Made by a program: the position numbers and the translations under genes. A model generated the notes under the pieces. It searched no databases. It had not been told where the DNA came from and saw nothing but the letters and a program-made list of their open reading frames with translations. From contig WBXG01000001.1 of the NCBI GenBank assembly GCA_008932965.1, forward strand, positions 25,975-57,974: a stretch of 32,000 bases of DNA, in the 5' to 3' direction. This DNA comes from Verrucomicrobiota bacterium. Its GTDB lineage: Bacteria > Verrucomicrobiota > Verrucomicrobiia > Chthoniobacterales > UBA6821. Every line of letters begins with the position of its first letter. The first letter of the stretch is position 1. This document shows, in pieces, positions 1 through 8,065 of the stretch.

Positions 1-153
1 ACCATAAACAACTAAATCCTCGGGGCGTTCTGCGACCTCGGGGTCGAGGTTGTTCATGAGCATTCTTAAGGGAGCTTCTGTTAGCCAACTTTTTGCAGAC
101 AGTGCAGTACCTCGTGAAGCACAAATAACACGAGAAGAATGGTGTGTATTCAT
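1..153 (-). CDS. hutU: Urocanate hydratase, N-terminal fragment (gene continues past the window start)
   Basis: Manual minus-strand translation from the ATG (rc of 151-153) gives [51 protein letters not shown]. This matches the conserved urocanase N-terminus ([22 protein letters not shown]). It is absent from the ORF track because the window edge truncates it. Confidence 0.8.
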   Translation of the reverse strand, partial: MNTHHSSRVICASRGTALSAKSWLTEAPLRMLMNNLDPEVAERPEDLVVYG

Positions 154-263
154 TTTTATCAATAATTAGAATTTGAGCAATTCTAAGACAGAAAAAGGGA
201 AAAAGGGAATCAGGAAGAATTTTTTTCTTCTTTCAAAAAACTATTTTTATGAACTATTCGGGG

Positions 264-332
264 GGGCTCGGATATTTCGTACTGAAGTGTCATGAGGTGC
301 CCTATAGAGCATTCATCTGACTTTTATAGTCC
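264..332 (-). mobile_element. Truncated, degenerate half copy of the MITE-like repeat, directly abutting copy 333-517
   Basis: GCTCGGATATTTCGTACTGAAGTGTCATGAGGTGCC resembles the reverse complement of the right arm of other copies (ACCCGGATATTTCATACTGAATCGTCATGAGGCGCC, from copy 21726-21912). There is no second terminus. Confidence 0.5.
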
Positions 333-517
333 CTAACCCGGATATTTCACACTAATCTACTGCGGAGGCCGGGAAGCAAGGGTGGATGCTGCGTTAGACT
401 CACATTTTGATTTGGACAGCATGTACACATACAGCCCGGCATCAAAATGCTCGTCTGCCTTACCCCATCAGCCTTCGCGACTTCCTCGTCACGATTAGTA
501 TGAAATATCCGGGCTAA
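333..517 (+). mobile_element. MITE-like palindromic repeat, full copy (subfamily 1), flanked by CTAA/CTAA
   Basis: The termini are CTAACCCGGATATTTCACACTAATC and GATTAGTATGAAATATCCGGGCTAA. It is near-identical to 18832-19016, with about 10 differences by manual alignment. The internal palindrome is CATTTTGAT (403-411) / ATCAAAATG (441-449). Confidence 0.85.
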
Positions 518-1968
518 AGGTAATTTCTATGAAGCCTTGCTTTGAATTTTCTCCATACGATTCGTGCAAGTAATAATCCAAGTAGAGCAAGAGCGATTCG
601 AGTCACCTGCGAGTAGGCAGCATGATAAGTAAAGGCGGTGGCTTTGCTCGTCACCGGATCAACAGTTAATTTTGAAATCCAAATTGATAAATAATTTCCA
701 ATAGCTCCGATAAATAGAAAATAAATCGCTACTAAACGGCCTTCACTATCATGTGGGGCAATATCGCCCCAGGAAGCTAACATCACTGGTTCCGTAAAAA
801 GTTCCGCCACTCCCAGCATTACGATGCTGAGGACAGGAAGCAACATACAAATCGGAGTATGTTCACTAGCTAATCCCGAGGCATAGGTCATTGTTCCAAA
901 ACCGAGTACTAGTAATATCAAGGCAATACTTACTTTGGTATCAGTTTGAGGACGGATATGATGGTGACCCATCCAACGCCATAAAAAAGCCATCACCGCT
1001 CCTGCAATTAAAATACTAGCAGCATTCAGTGATTGAAACATTCCAGCAGGTACGGTGCACCCCATGATAGTACGGTTCACATAGCGGGAAATAAAGAGTG
1101 GATAGGAACTGGAAACTTGATTGCTAAAGATCCAAAAAGAGGTCACGAAAAGGGTGAGCACCGCCATCATGATAAGCCCTTTTTGGTGAGCAGGAGTTGT
1201 ATTTTTATAAATCTTTAAAAAGATAGTAAGGGCCATAATAACAACAATCATCAACAAATAGGCTACCCAGTCATGAAGTAGTATTTCGTAAAAGAAGAGA
1301 AAGGAGGTGAGTAGAATGCCACCTGTTAAAAAAGTTTTTTTAGAAAGTGAAAGATGATCCCATGCTTTTGTTTTCTGTGTCTGTTGCTCCCATTGAAAAT
1401 AGCGCTTAGATAGGAGAAAGATGAAAAATCCTAACATCATCCCAAAAGCAGCTACAATGAACCCCATATCCCAACTGATGTTTTCAACTAAATAAGGACA
1501 GATCATTGCAGCGAGCATGGAGCCAATATTGCCAGCGACGTAGTACCATGAAAAAGCTGCGGTAGCACCAACCGGATCATGATAGTAGCAGGTACTAATA
1601 AGACAAACGGCATTGCTTTTAAAAAAGCCAATTCCCATTGTTAAGAGGGATAAGCCAATAAAAACATTTTGTCCAAATACCGTTAGCATAAGGTGCCCTA
1701 AAATGATTAAAACAGAACCTGTAGCAGTGGCATAACGGTACCCGCAATAACGATCCGCTAACCATCCTCCCAGAATAGGAGTAATAAATACGAGTGAGAT
1801 AAAACTTCCAAACAGTTGATAGGCTGCTGAGTCAGAATAATGGAGCTGGCTCGTAAAATAGAGAACCAGAATAGCTTTTAATCCATAAAAGCTAAAAAAC
1901 TCCCACATGATAACAGCAATAATGCACAAGGCTGCTTTTTGTTGTGTCTTTTTTAATGCTGTTACCAT
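514..1968 (-). CDS. Proton-dependent oligopeptide transporter (POT/PTR2 family, DtpT/DtpA-like)
   Basis: 484-aa polytopic membrane ORF with the PTR2 signature region ILGGWLADRYCGYRY near the N-terminus. Its stop codon (rc of 514-516) lies in the CTAA flank of the MITE copy. Confidence 0.85.
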   Translation of the reverse strand: MVTALKKTQQKAALCIIAVIMWEFFSFYGLKAILVLYFTSQLHYSDSAAYQLFGSFISLVFITPILGGWLADRYCGYRYATATGSVLIILGHLMLTVFGQNVFIGLSLLTMGIGFFKSNAVCLISTCYYHDPVGATAAFSWYYVAGNIGSMLAAMICPYLVENISWDMGFIVAAFGMMLGFFIFLLSKRYFQWEQQTQKTKAWDHLSLSKKTFLTGGILLTSFLFFYEILLHDWVAYLLMIVVIMALTIFLKIYKNTTPAHQKGLIMMAVLTLFVTSFWIFSNQVSSSYPLFISRYVNRTIMGCTVPAGMFQSLNAASILIAGAVMAFLWRWMGHHHIRPQTDTKVSIALILLVLGFGTMTYASGLASEHTPICMLLPVLSIVMLGVAELFTEPVMLASWGDIAPHDSEGRLVAIYFLFIGAIGNYLSIWISKLTVDPVTSKATAFTYHAAYSQVTRIALALLGLLLARIVWRKFKARLHRNYL

Positions 1969-2032
1969 TCAGTGAAAATCTTATTTTAGGGCTCTTTAAT
2001 TGTTAAAAATACTTCTTTAATTCAGAATAGGA

Positions 2033-3436
2033 CTATAAAGCTAGTGTTGATGTCAGTTTTTTCGAACGTTCGTGGAGGGCATAAATGATGAATGGCAATG
2101 CAGAGCTAGAAAGAACACCTATAATCATCGTGCGCTCATATGTTTGGAGGCTACCAACAGCGATTTGACTTGGTGGGAGGAATCCAATACCAATTGTAAA
2201 AATACAACTCAAGGATCCGATAGTGCAGACAGTCCACAATCCGATTTTTCCACCAGGGATGATAAAAGTACGTTTCACTTCAGGGTATTTATAGCGAAGT
2301 TTTACTGCAGAGGCGAACATGGCTACATAAACAAGTAATGCTAAAATTGAAGTAATATTGGTTAATACCCAAAATCCACTCGTGACGGTTGGCATGAATA
2401 AGAAAACAGAGCATAATAGAGTAAAAATACACCCTTGGACAACTAGAATAGTTACCGGAACCCCATGTTTATTTTTATATCCCAATTTTTTTGGCAAGCA
2501 TTCGTCCTGACAAGCTATTAACAGACTTTTGCTAGGTCCTAAAATCCATGCATTAACACCTCCCACAGAACTCAACACAATGAGAAGAGCCAAGACCGGC
2601 ATAAACCAACTCATATGAAAAGAAATAAAGAAAACTTCAAAAGCCTGCATTAAGCCAGAAACAATATTGAGTTGTTTTTGAGGAATGACTAAGGCAACCG
2701 CTAAGGAGGAAAGGATAAGCGAACTTAAAATGATGATCGCTGACCAAAAAATAGCTATAGGATAGTTTTTTTGAGGGTCTGTTACTTCACCGACATGAAC
2801 AGCAGACATCTCAATGCCAACTAGGCTGTAAAGAACAGCTGTTAATAAGACCATATTATCGATGCTACTTAAGTCTGGGAAAAAACTGTGCCAGCTAAAT
2901 TGAATATTTATAGGCTTTCCAAGACACATCCAAACAATTCCTAGAATAATAATAAACATCATAGGAATGAGCACTCCAATAACGGCTGTTAAGGAGCTCA
3001 AGGCACTTGATGCTTTCATTCCAAAGAAATTAATAATAGTGGCTCCCCAGAAAAAAATAAAAACAACCGGCAGAATGTAGAATTTATTATTTACTAAATC
3101 TGGGTTAATACAGTAGGCCAATGTTGCGGCAATAAATGACATAATCGTGGGATACCAACAGAGGTTATAAAACCACTGCATCCATATCGTCATAAACCCG
3201 AATTTTTTACCAAAAGCTTCACGAGCCCAAAGATAGACTCCTCCTGCCTCTGGCCACCCTGTGGCAAGTTCAGCAGAAACTAGTGCTGTGGGAATGAAAA
3301 AAAGCAAGGCGGCAGCTGCATAGTAGAAGACGATGGAAAAACCATACTCTGCACTCATCGGCAGCGATCGAATACTATCGATTGCAATAATATTCATCAT
3401 AACAAGACCAAAGACACTCAGTGATTTTTTATTCAT
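2033..3436 (-). CDS. APC-superfamily amino acid transporter, glutamate:GABA antiporter (GadC)-like
   Basis: 467-aa ORF with about 12 hydrophobic segments. The N-terminal blocks LPMSAEYGFSIVFYY..FIPTALVSAELATGWPEAGGVYLWAREAFGKKFGF resemble GadC-type APC transporters. Confidence 0.75.
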   Translation of the reverse strand: MNKKSLSVFGLVMMNIIAIDSIRSLPMSAEYGFSIVFYYAAAALLFFIPTALVSAELATGWPEAGGVYLWAREAFGKKFGFMTIWMQWFYNLCWYPTIMSFIAATLAYCINPDLVNNKFYILPVVFIFFWGATIINFFGMKASSALSSLTAVIGVLIPMMFIIILGIVWMCLGKPINIQFSWHSFFPDLSSIDNMVLLTAVLYSLVGIEMSAVHVGEVTDPQKNYPIAIFWSAIIILSSLILSSLAVALVIPQKQLNIVSGLMQAFEVFFISFHMSWFMPVLALLIVLSSVGGVNAWILGPSKSLLIACQDECLPKKLGYKNKHGVPVTILVVQGCIFTLLCSVFLFMPTVTSGFWVLTNITSILALLVYVAMFASAVKLRYKYPEVKRTFIIPGGKIGLWTVCTIGSLSCIFTIGIGFLPPSQIAVGSLQTYERTMIIGVLSSSALPFIIYALHERSKKLTSTLAL

Positions 3437-3446
3437 AGACTTTTGA

Positions 3447-5066
3447 TTATTGAACTATGGGTTTTTGTTTTTGACTAAGAAATGGGTAACTAGCTAGAGC
3501 ACTGAGTATTAACACAATTCCAAGAAAAGCTTCAAATGAATTCGTCCATAGAGTGTAGAGAAGTGCCATCATGCTCACAGCTGCAAAAAAAAGTTGAGGG
3601 AGTGGATAAAGTGGGGAACGAAAGATTGTTTCGCGAGTATGTGGGGTATTTTGGGAAATTACATTGTTCAACTCCTCATACTCTTGACACTCGATTTTGA
3701 TATTTTTTTGAGTTAGCCCAGATATTTCATAATGATCTGTTGTGAGGCGCTGTGAATGCTGATCTAGAAATGGAGAGCGATGATCTTCGACAACAATTGT
3801 ATCTTTTATATTACTCGAGGCAAAGTTTGAGCCTAATGCTGTATTCTTCACATTGTTGCAAGCCGCCGCAGGATCAGCATGAAATATGCGGTCTAGCTGC
3901 AAATAGCTTTTATTTTTATGATGAGAGGCTCGAGAAAAAGCACGCCGTCTCAAGACGATAACGCTTAAAACACCTAAGAGTTCGCACAAAATCAATGCAA
4001 ACTGAGTGCTCACTAAAATAGTTTTAAAGGAGGAGGTTAACAGTAATACAATCACTAAGATATATTGAAAAAGAGTAGCACGAAGCGGTATATTATTTGC
4101 AGAAGCACAACTAAACCAACGTAAGACTAAAAGATGTTTTCCCATTGCTTGCATGATTCGTGGACCTGTCCAGGTCATTGCACTAATGCTAGCAATGAGA
4201 CCAAAAGCAATAAGGGCAGACATGGCGCGACCTCCCTGTTGGCCTATAAGATGTGTTGCAACAACACGTCCAATATCTAAAACACCACGTAGTTCATTCT
4301 TAGGTGCGGAGATGAGAAAGATGGCATTCACAAGTAAGTAAACAATCATTACAAAAAGTGATCCAATAATGAGAGAGCGCCCTACGGTGCGTTGTGAGGT
4401 GGTAACATCATCAGCGATATAGGTGGATGCATTCCATCCAGAGTAGGAATAATAACAAAAGAGTAATGTTACTCCCGAAGTCGGCTGAAACAATTCCTGG
4501 AGCGCAAACTTAGTAGGAAGAAGCGTTTTCAAAGGCACTGATGCATACCGCATTCCCAAGTAGCAAATAAAGGCGACCAGCAGGAATTTTAATCCAGTAG
4601 TAATATCTTGAAAACTAGCACTAACCCCTAGGTCAATGAGATGTATTCCAGTTACTAGAGTCACTAACACTATTGAAGAAACCATCGGAGGTACGAAGGG
4701 AAACATCGCTTGAAAATAGGTACCGAATGCCATGCTTGCCAGAGCGATGGGTCCTACACACCCTGCTATTTGTGTGATAATTCCTGCCGCTGTGCCAATG
4801 GCTGGATGATAGATTTTTGTAAAATAATAATATTCACCGCCGGAATGGGGCATTTGTGCAGATAGCTCTGCATATGACAAAGCCCCACAAAGCGCTACAA
4901 GACCACCCAACGCCCATAGCAACAGAAGAGTAAAGCTACTTGAGATAGAAAGCAGCTGGATTCCGAGACTCGTATATATTCCGTTGCCAACCATGGTTGC
5001 GGCAACAAGAAAAACACAAGTAATAAGACCAACTTTGCGAATAGGTTGAGCGGGAGGTGAGGCCAT
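3447..5066 (-). CDS. APC-superfamily amino acid permease carrying an in-frame MITE-derived insertion in the TM10-TM11 loop
   Basis: 539-aa ORF with typical APC blocks (GNGIYTSLG, LCGALSYAELSAQMPHSGGEYYYF). A hydrophilic insert of about 115 aa sits between VLRRR and FRSPLYPLP, where APC permeases normally have a short loop. Sixty-one residues of it (LDRIFHADPAAAC...TTDHYEISGL) are encoded by repeat copy 3713-3896. Confidence 0.75.
   Translation of the reverse strand: MASPPAQPIRKVGLITCVFLVAATMVGNGIYTSLGIQLLSISSSFTLLLLWALGGLVALCGALSYAELSAQMPHSGGEYYYFTKIYHPAIGTAAGIITQIAGCVGPIALASMAFGTYFQAMFPFVPPMVSSIVLVTLVTGIHLIDLGVSASFQDITTGLKFLLVAFICYLGMRYASVPLKTLLPTKFALQELFQPTSGVTLLFCYYSYSGWNASTYIADDVTTSQRTVGRSLIIGSLFVMIVYLLVNAIFLISAPKNELRGVLDIGRVVATHLIGQQGGRAMSALIAFGLIASISAMTWTGPRIMQAMGKHLLVLRWFSCASANNIPLRATLFQYILVIVLLLTSSFKTILVSTQFALILCELLGVLSVIVLRRRAFSRASHHKNKSYLQLDRIFHADPAAACNNVKNTALGSNFASSNIKDTIVVEDHRSPFLDQHSQRLTTDHYEISGLTQKNIKIECQEYEELNNVISQNTPHTRETIFRSPLYPLPQLFFAAVSMMALLYTLWTNSFEAFLGIVLILSALASYPFLSQKQKPIVQ
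3713..3896 (-). mobile_element. MITE-like repeat, old diverged copy inside the permease CDS, open in the gene frame
   Basis: The termini TTAGCCCAGATATTTCATAATGATC and GATCAGCATGAAATATGCGGTCTAG match the family TIR. The interior keeps patches such as GAATGCTGATCTAGA versus GGATGCTGCGTTAGA. There is no stop codon in the permease reading frame. Confidence 0.7.
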
Positions 5067-5084
5067 GAGATGAAGAAAAGCGGA

Positions 5085-5160
5085 GGGTAATGGGTAAAGT
5101 GTAAAGCGTAAAGGGTAATGGGTAATGGGTAATGGGTAATGGGTAATGGGTAATGGGTGA
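5085..5160. repeat. Heptanucleotide tandem repeat (GGGTAAT)n: six perfect units at 5113-5154 plus degenerate flanking units
   Basis: Read directly from the sequence: GGGTAAT GGGTAAA GTGTAAA GCGTAAA then 6x GGGTAAT then GGGTGA. It lies 19-95 nt upstream of the permease start codon (5066, minus strand), in the divergent region shared with pal. Confidence 0.95.
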
Positions 5161-5257
5161 CGAGTGCTCTCTCTTGCATTCGGTAAAGTTCCATTGCCCT
5201 CTTAAAGAAAAAAATTTTATTTGAAAAAAATTTGAAAACAAAGATCATAGAAGCTCT

Positions 5258-5758
5258 ATGAAAAATAAGTTCTCTCTTTTAACTCTTCTTGTGATTCTCC
5301 CTCTTCTTCCTGCCTGTGCTAATAAGAAAAAACAGCAGTATGCTGGTATTGATGGGGACTATGTTGCTGGAACACCTCTGAGTGAACGTTCAGGAAGTGC
5401 CAATTTCATGGCAGCAAATGTCAACCGTACAGAGTTTTCTCCAATAACTTTTGCTTTTGACAGCACCTCGGTGAGCAGCGATCAGCAAGAGAAAATCAAT
5501 AAGGTTGTTCAACTTGTTCGTTCCTCTGGACAAACAGTTATTGTTGCTGGATTTACGGATGATCGTGGAACTGAAGAATATAATCGGAGCCTTGGTGAAC
5601 GCCGTGCACTCGCCGTGCGTCAATCACTGATTGAAAAGGGTGTTGCTGGAAGTAAAGTTCAAACAGTTAGCTTTGGCAAAGAAATGCCTGTAGATCCCGC
5701 AAGTAATGAGGCTGCATGGACAAAAAACCGTCGTGCTGAATTCGGAATCGTTAAGTAA
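5258..5758 (+). CDS. pal: Peptidoglycan-associated lipoprotein (OmpA-family C-terminal domain)
   Basis: 166 aa with a lipoprotein signal and lipobox LLPAC. The OmpA-like peptidoglycan-binding blocks are FAFDSTSV, GFTDDRGTEEYNRSLGERRA and NRRAEF. Confidence 0.85.
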   Translation: MKNKFSLLTLLVILPLLPACANKKKQQYAGIDGDYVAGTPLSERSGSANFMAANVNRTEFSPITFAFDSTSVSSDQQEKINKVVQLVRSSGQTVIVAGFTDDRGTEEYNRSLGERRALAVRQSLIEKGVAGSKVQTVSFGKEMPVDPASNEAAWTKNRRAEFGIVK

Positions 5759-5867
5759 ACGGAGTCTCTCAAAACTATTGATCGGAGATGATCTGAGAAA
5801 ATAGGGAAAAGGTGCACTGATTTATTGATCTTGTTCTTAATCTATTGCAGTCTGAATGATCCATCAG

Positions 5868-5999
5868 CTAGAGCGTCTAAAAAAAGTTAGTGCCGCTTAT
5901 TGCAGAGTCATTCTGGTGCTCACGTCCTCGAGTATCTCGTATACACTGCGGTCTTGGCACTTCGTTGCTAGCACTACAACTTTTTTTAATATGCTCTAG
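5868..5999. repeat. Long imperfect inverted repeat (about 22 bp of outer helix enclosing about 77 nt), bounded by CTAG on both sides
   Basis: CTAGAGC (5868-5874) pairs with GCTCTAG (5993-5999). AAAAAAAGTT (5879-5888) pairs with AACTTTTTTT (5978-5987). AGTGC (5889-5893) pairs with GCACT (5971-5975). It is present only once in this window. Confidence 0.6.
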
Positions 6000-6011
6000 T
6001 GCATTAAAACC

Positions 6012-8018
6012 ATGTTTTTTATGAATACCTCCAACAAGACTAAGTTATTCTCACTTATTCTAATCAGTGTCGTTATTGTGGCGAGTTGCTACTTGTTTTT
6101 CCATCAAGGGATTTCATTTTTCACGCCCAAAAACCATGCTCCAGTATTATCCCTAAAAACAAATCATTCTGGGTACCAGGAAAGTAACTCTCCTTCGATT
6201 ATTTCATCAGCACTCAATCATCAAGAGCCACGTCAGCTTCAGGTTCTTCCGTATCCTCCGGCTCCTTTGGATTCTCTATCAGAGCAAGAAGAGCTCGATT
6301 ATCCTGGTGCCGTTGTGGTTGAATTTGCTGAGGTTCAGGGGCCGTGGCCCAACCAAAAACAACGCTTAAGAATTTTACAAACGCATTTAAAATGCACTTA
6401 TGTAAGAACAGAAGAGGTTGTAGATGCTTCCTCCGGCAATCTTTTAGGGCGCTTGGAAATGGCAGCCAATCAACTCTTGGTGGTATTGCCAGAGGGAAAA
6501 GACCCTCAGCAGTTTTTAAAAGAGTATGGTCCACAAGCCCTCAGTATCACTCCAGTGAGTGAGCCTCTTCCAATTTACCAGATGACCTTATCTGATACTT
6601 CTCTTGCATCTCTTCCAGCAGGTATAGAACAAATAAAACAAGTGGAGAGTAGTGTTGGTTCCTCTGCAGAACCCAACTATATTGGTCATCTTAGTAAAAA
6701 ACCGCATAACGACGCCTACGCATTCCAATGGGGGCTTTGGAGAAATAGTGAAGAAGATCTGTATCCAGAATTTAGACCGCGCTATGAAAATTATTTTTAC
6801 TACAAAGATCATGGGCTCAAAGATCTTTTTGAAACTTCAGCTGATGATCAAAAAAAGAGAAACACTTCATTATTGATCTCCTCTTCTCTAAAAGAAGAAA
6901 ACCTAACGAATCTCTCCTTGGGAGGTTTTTATGATGCCGCTACCAACAACGAACAGGAAGATTTTTCCACAATACAGGGTATTAATGCGGAGGGGGGCTG
7001 GGATGTTCGTACTTCAGCCGCTTCTGTAGTTGTGGGGATTATTGATAGCGGCCTTCGCCTCACACATGAGAGTTTAAAGAATAATCTTTGGACGAATCCC
7101 AAAGGTAAAAAGCATTACATTCATGGCTTTAGCGGTCCAGATATGGAAGAAATGATCGCTGATGATGTAGGTCATGGAACCCATTGTGCTGGAATTATTG
7201 GAGGAGAAGCAAATGATTATTTAGGTGTTGCCGGTGTTGCCTGGCAGGTTCAACTCATGCCATGCAAATGTGCTAACAGTGAGGGAGTCATTATTGAGGA
7301 TTCGATATTGAGCGCCATTAATTTTGCAAAAAAAAATGGAGCCTCCATCCTAAATTGTAGTTTTGGTTGGAGTGGTTCTTCTGCCTCAATTGCAATGGAT
7401 GTGGTATTAAATGATCTTCGAAAAAAAGAAATTATTTTAGTAGCTGCAGCTGGTAACGACGGCCTTAATAATGATATCAGCTTATTTAAAACTTATCCTG
7501 CAAGTTACTCTTTAGAATTAGATAATATCGTTTCTGTAGCTGCAACGGATTATGCAATCAGAGATTCTTATGATGAATCGAGGGAGCAAGAAGGGCTTGC
7601 CTCCTTTTCGAACTATGGGGCAAATACTGTTTCTCTTGCTGCTCCAGGAACCTGCATTCTTTCGACTTATAATAAATCTGATAACTCTTATGCTTTCATG
7701 AGTGGAACATCTATGGCAGCTCCTTTTGTGACGGGTGCACTCGCTTTAATAAAAGCAGAATATCCCAATGCAAATTATCAAGATCTCATTCAACACGTGA
7801 TTAAAACAACAGATCCACTTCCTTCACTCGATCAAAAGATGATTGGAGGGCGTCTCAATTTAGCAAGAGCTCTCCATACCAAACCACTCATTGGTAACGC
7901 ATGGTATCTATCTACAAATTGTTTTGATAAAAAAACAAGTTTACCTATCTCAAATCGTGTATGGAACTTTCTCCATGGACCATGCAAAAGAAATGACTCT
8001 ATTTATCAATCTCTATGA
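6012..8018 (+). CDS. Membrane-anchored subtilisin-like serine protease (peptidase S8) with an N-terminal region of about 330 aa of unknown function
   Basis: The catalytic triad blocks are VVVGIIDSGL (Asp), DVGHGTHCAGIIGG (His) and MSGTSMAAPFVTGALAL (Ser). There is an N-terminal hydrophobic anchor, LFSLILISVVIVASCYLFF. Confidence 0.85.
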   Translation: MFFMNTSNKTKLFSLILISVVIVASCYLFFHQGISFFTPKNHAPVLSLKTNHSGYQESNSPSIISSALNHQEPRQLQVLPYPPAPLDSLSEQEELDYPGAVVVEFAEVQGPWPNQKQRLRILQTHLKCTYVRTEEVVDASSGNLLGRLEMAANQLLVVLPEGKDPQQFLKEYGPQALSITPVSEPLPIYQMTLSDTSLASLPAGIEQIKQVESSVGSSAEPNYIGHLSKKPHNDAYAFQWGLWRNSEEDLYPEFRPRYENYFYYKDHGLKDLFETSADDQKKRNTSLLISSSLKEENLTNLSLGGFYDAATNNEQEDFSTIQGINAEGGWDVRTSAASVVVGIIDSGLRLTHESLKNNLWTNPKGKKHYIHGFSGPDMEEMIADDVGHGTHCAGIIGGEANDYLGVAGVAWQVQLMPCKCANSEGVIIEDSILSAINFAKKNGASILNCSFGWSGSSASIAMDVVLNDLRKKEIILVAAAGNDGLNNDISLFKTYPASYSLELDNIVSVAATDYAIRDSYDESREQEGLASFSNYGANTVSLAAPGTCILSTYNKSDNSYAFMSGTSMAAPFVTGALALIKAEYPNANYQDLIQHVIKTTDPLPSLDQKMIGGRLNLARALHTKPLIGNAWYLSTNCFDKKTSLPISNRVWNFLHGPCKRNDSIYQSL

Positions 8019-8065
8019 TGGTTCAAAAGGAACTTTGAGGACTTCTCTCTAGCTTGGATATTTTC

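Noticed and set aside
214-232. Small AT-rich hairpin GAAGAATTTTTTTCTTC upstream of hutU (hutU-POT intergenic region)
   Set aside because: The stem is short and weak, with only 6 bp. Its position relative to transcript ends is unclear, so it does not support a terminator call.
4895-5248. Two overlapping minus-strand ORFs (117 and 101 aa) containing HYPLPITHYPLPIT
   Set aside because: The repetitive peptide is the translated (GGGTAAT)n microsatellite. Both ORFs overlap the genuine permease 5-prime end and the intergenic region.
5955-5970. Sigma-54-like promoter TGGCACTTCGTTGCTA about 45 nt upstream of the S8 protease start
   Set aside because: The GG and GC dinucleotides are separated by 9 nt rather than the strictly conserved 10 nt of the TGGCAC-N5-TTGCW consensus. 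It also lies inside the inverted-repeat structure, so I did not call it.
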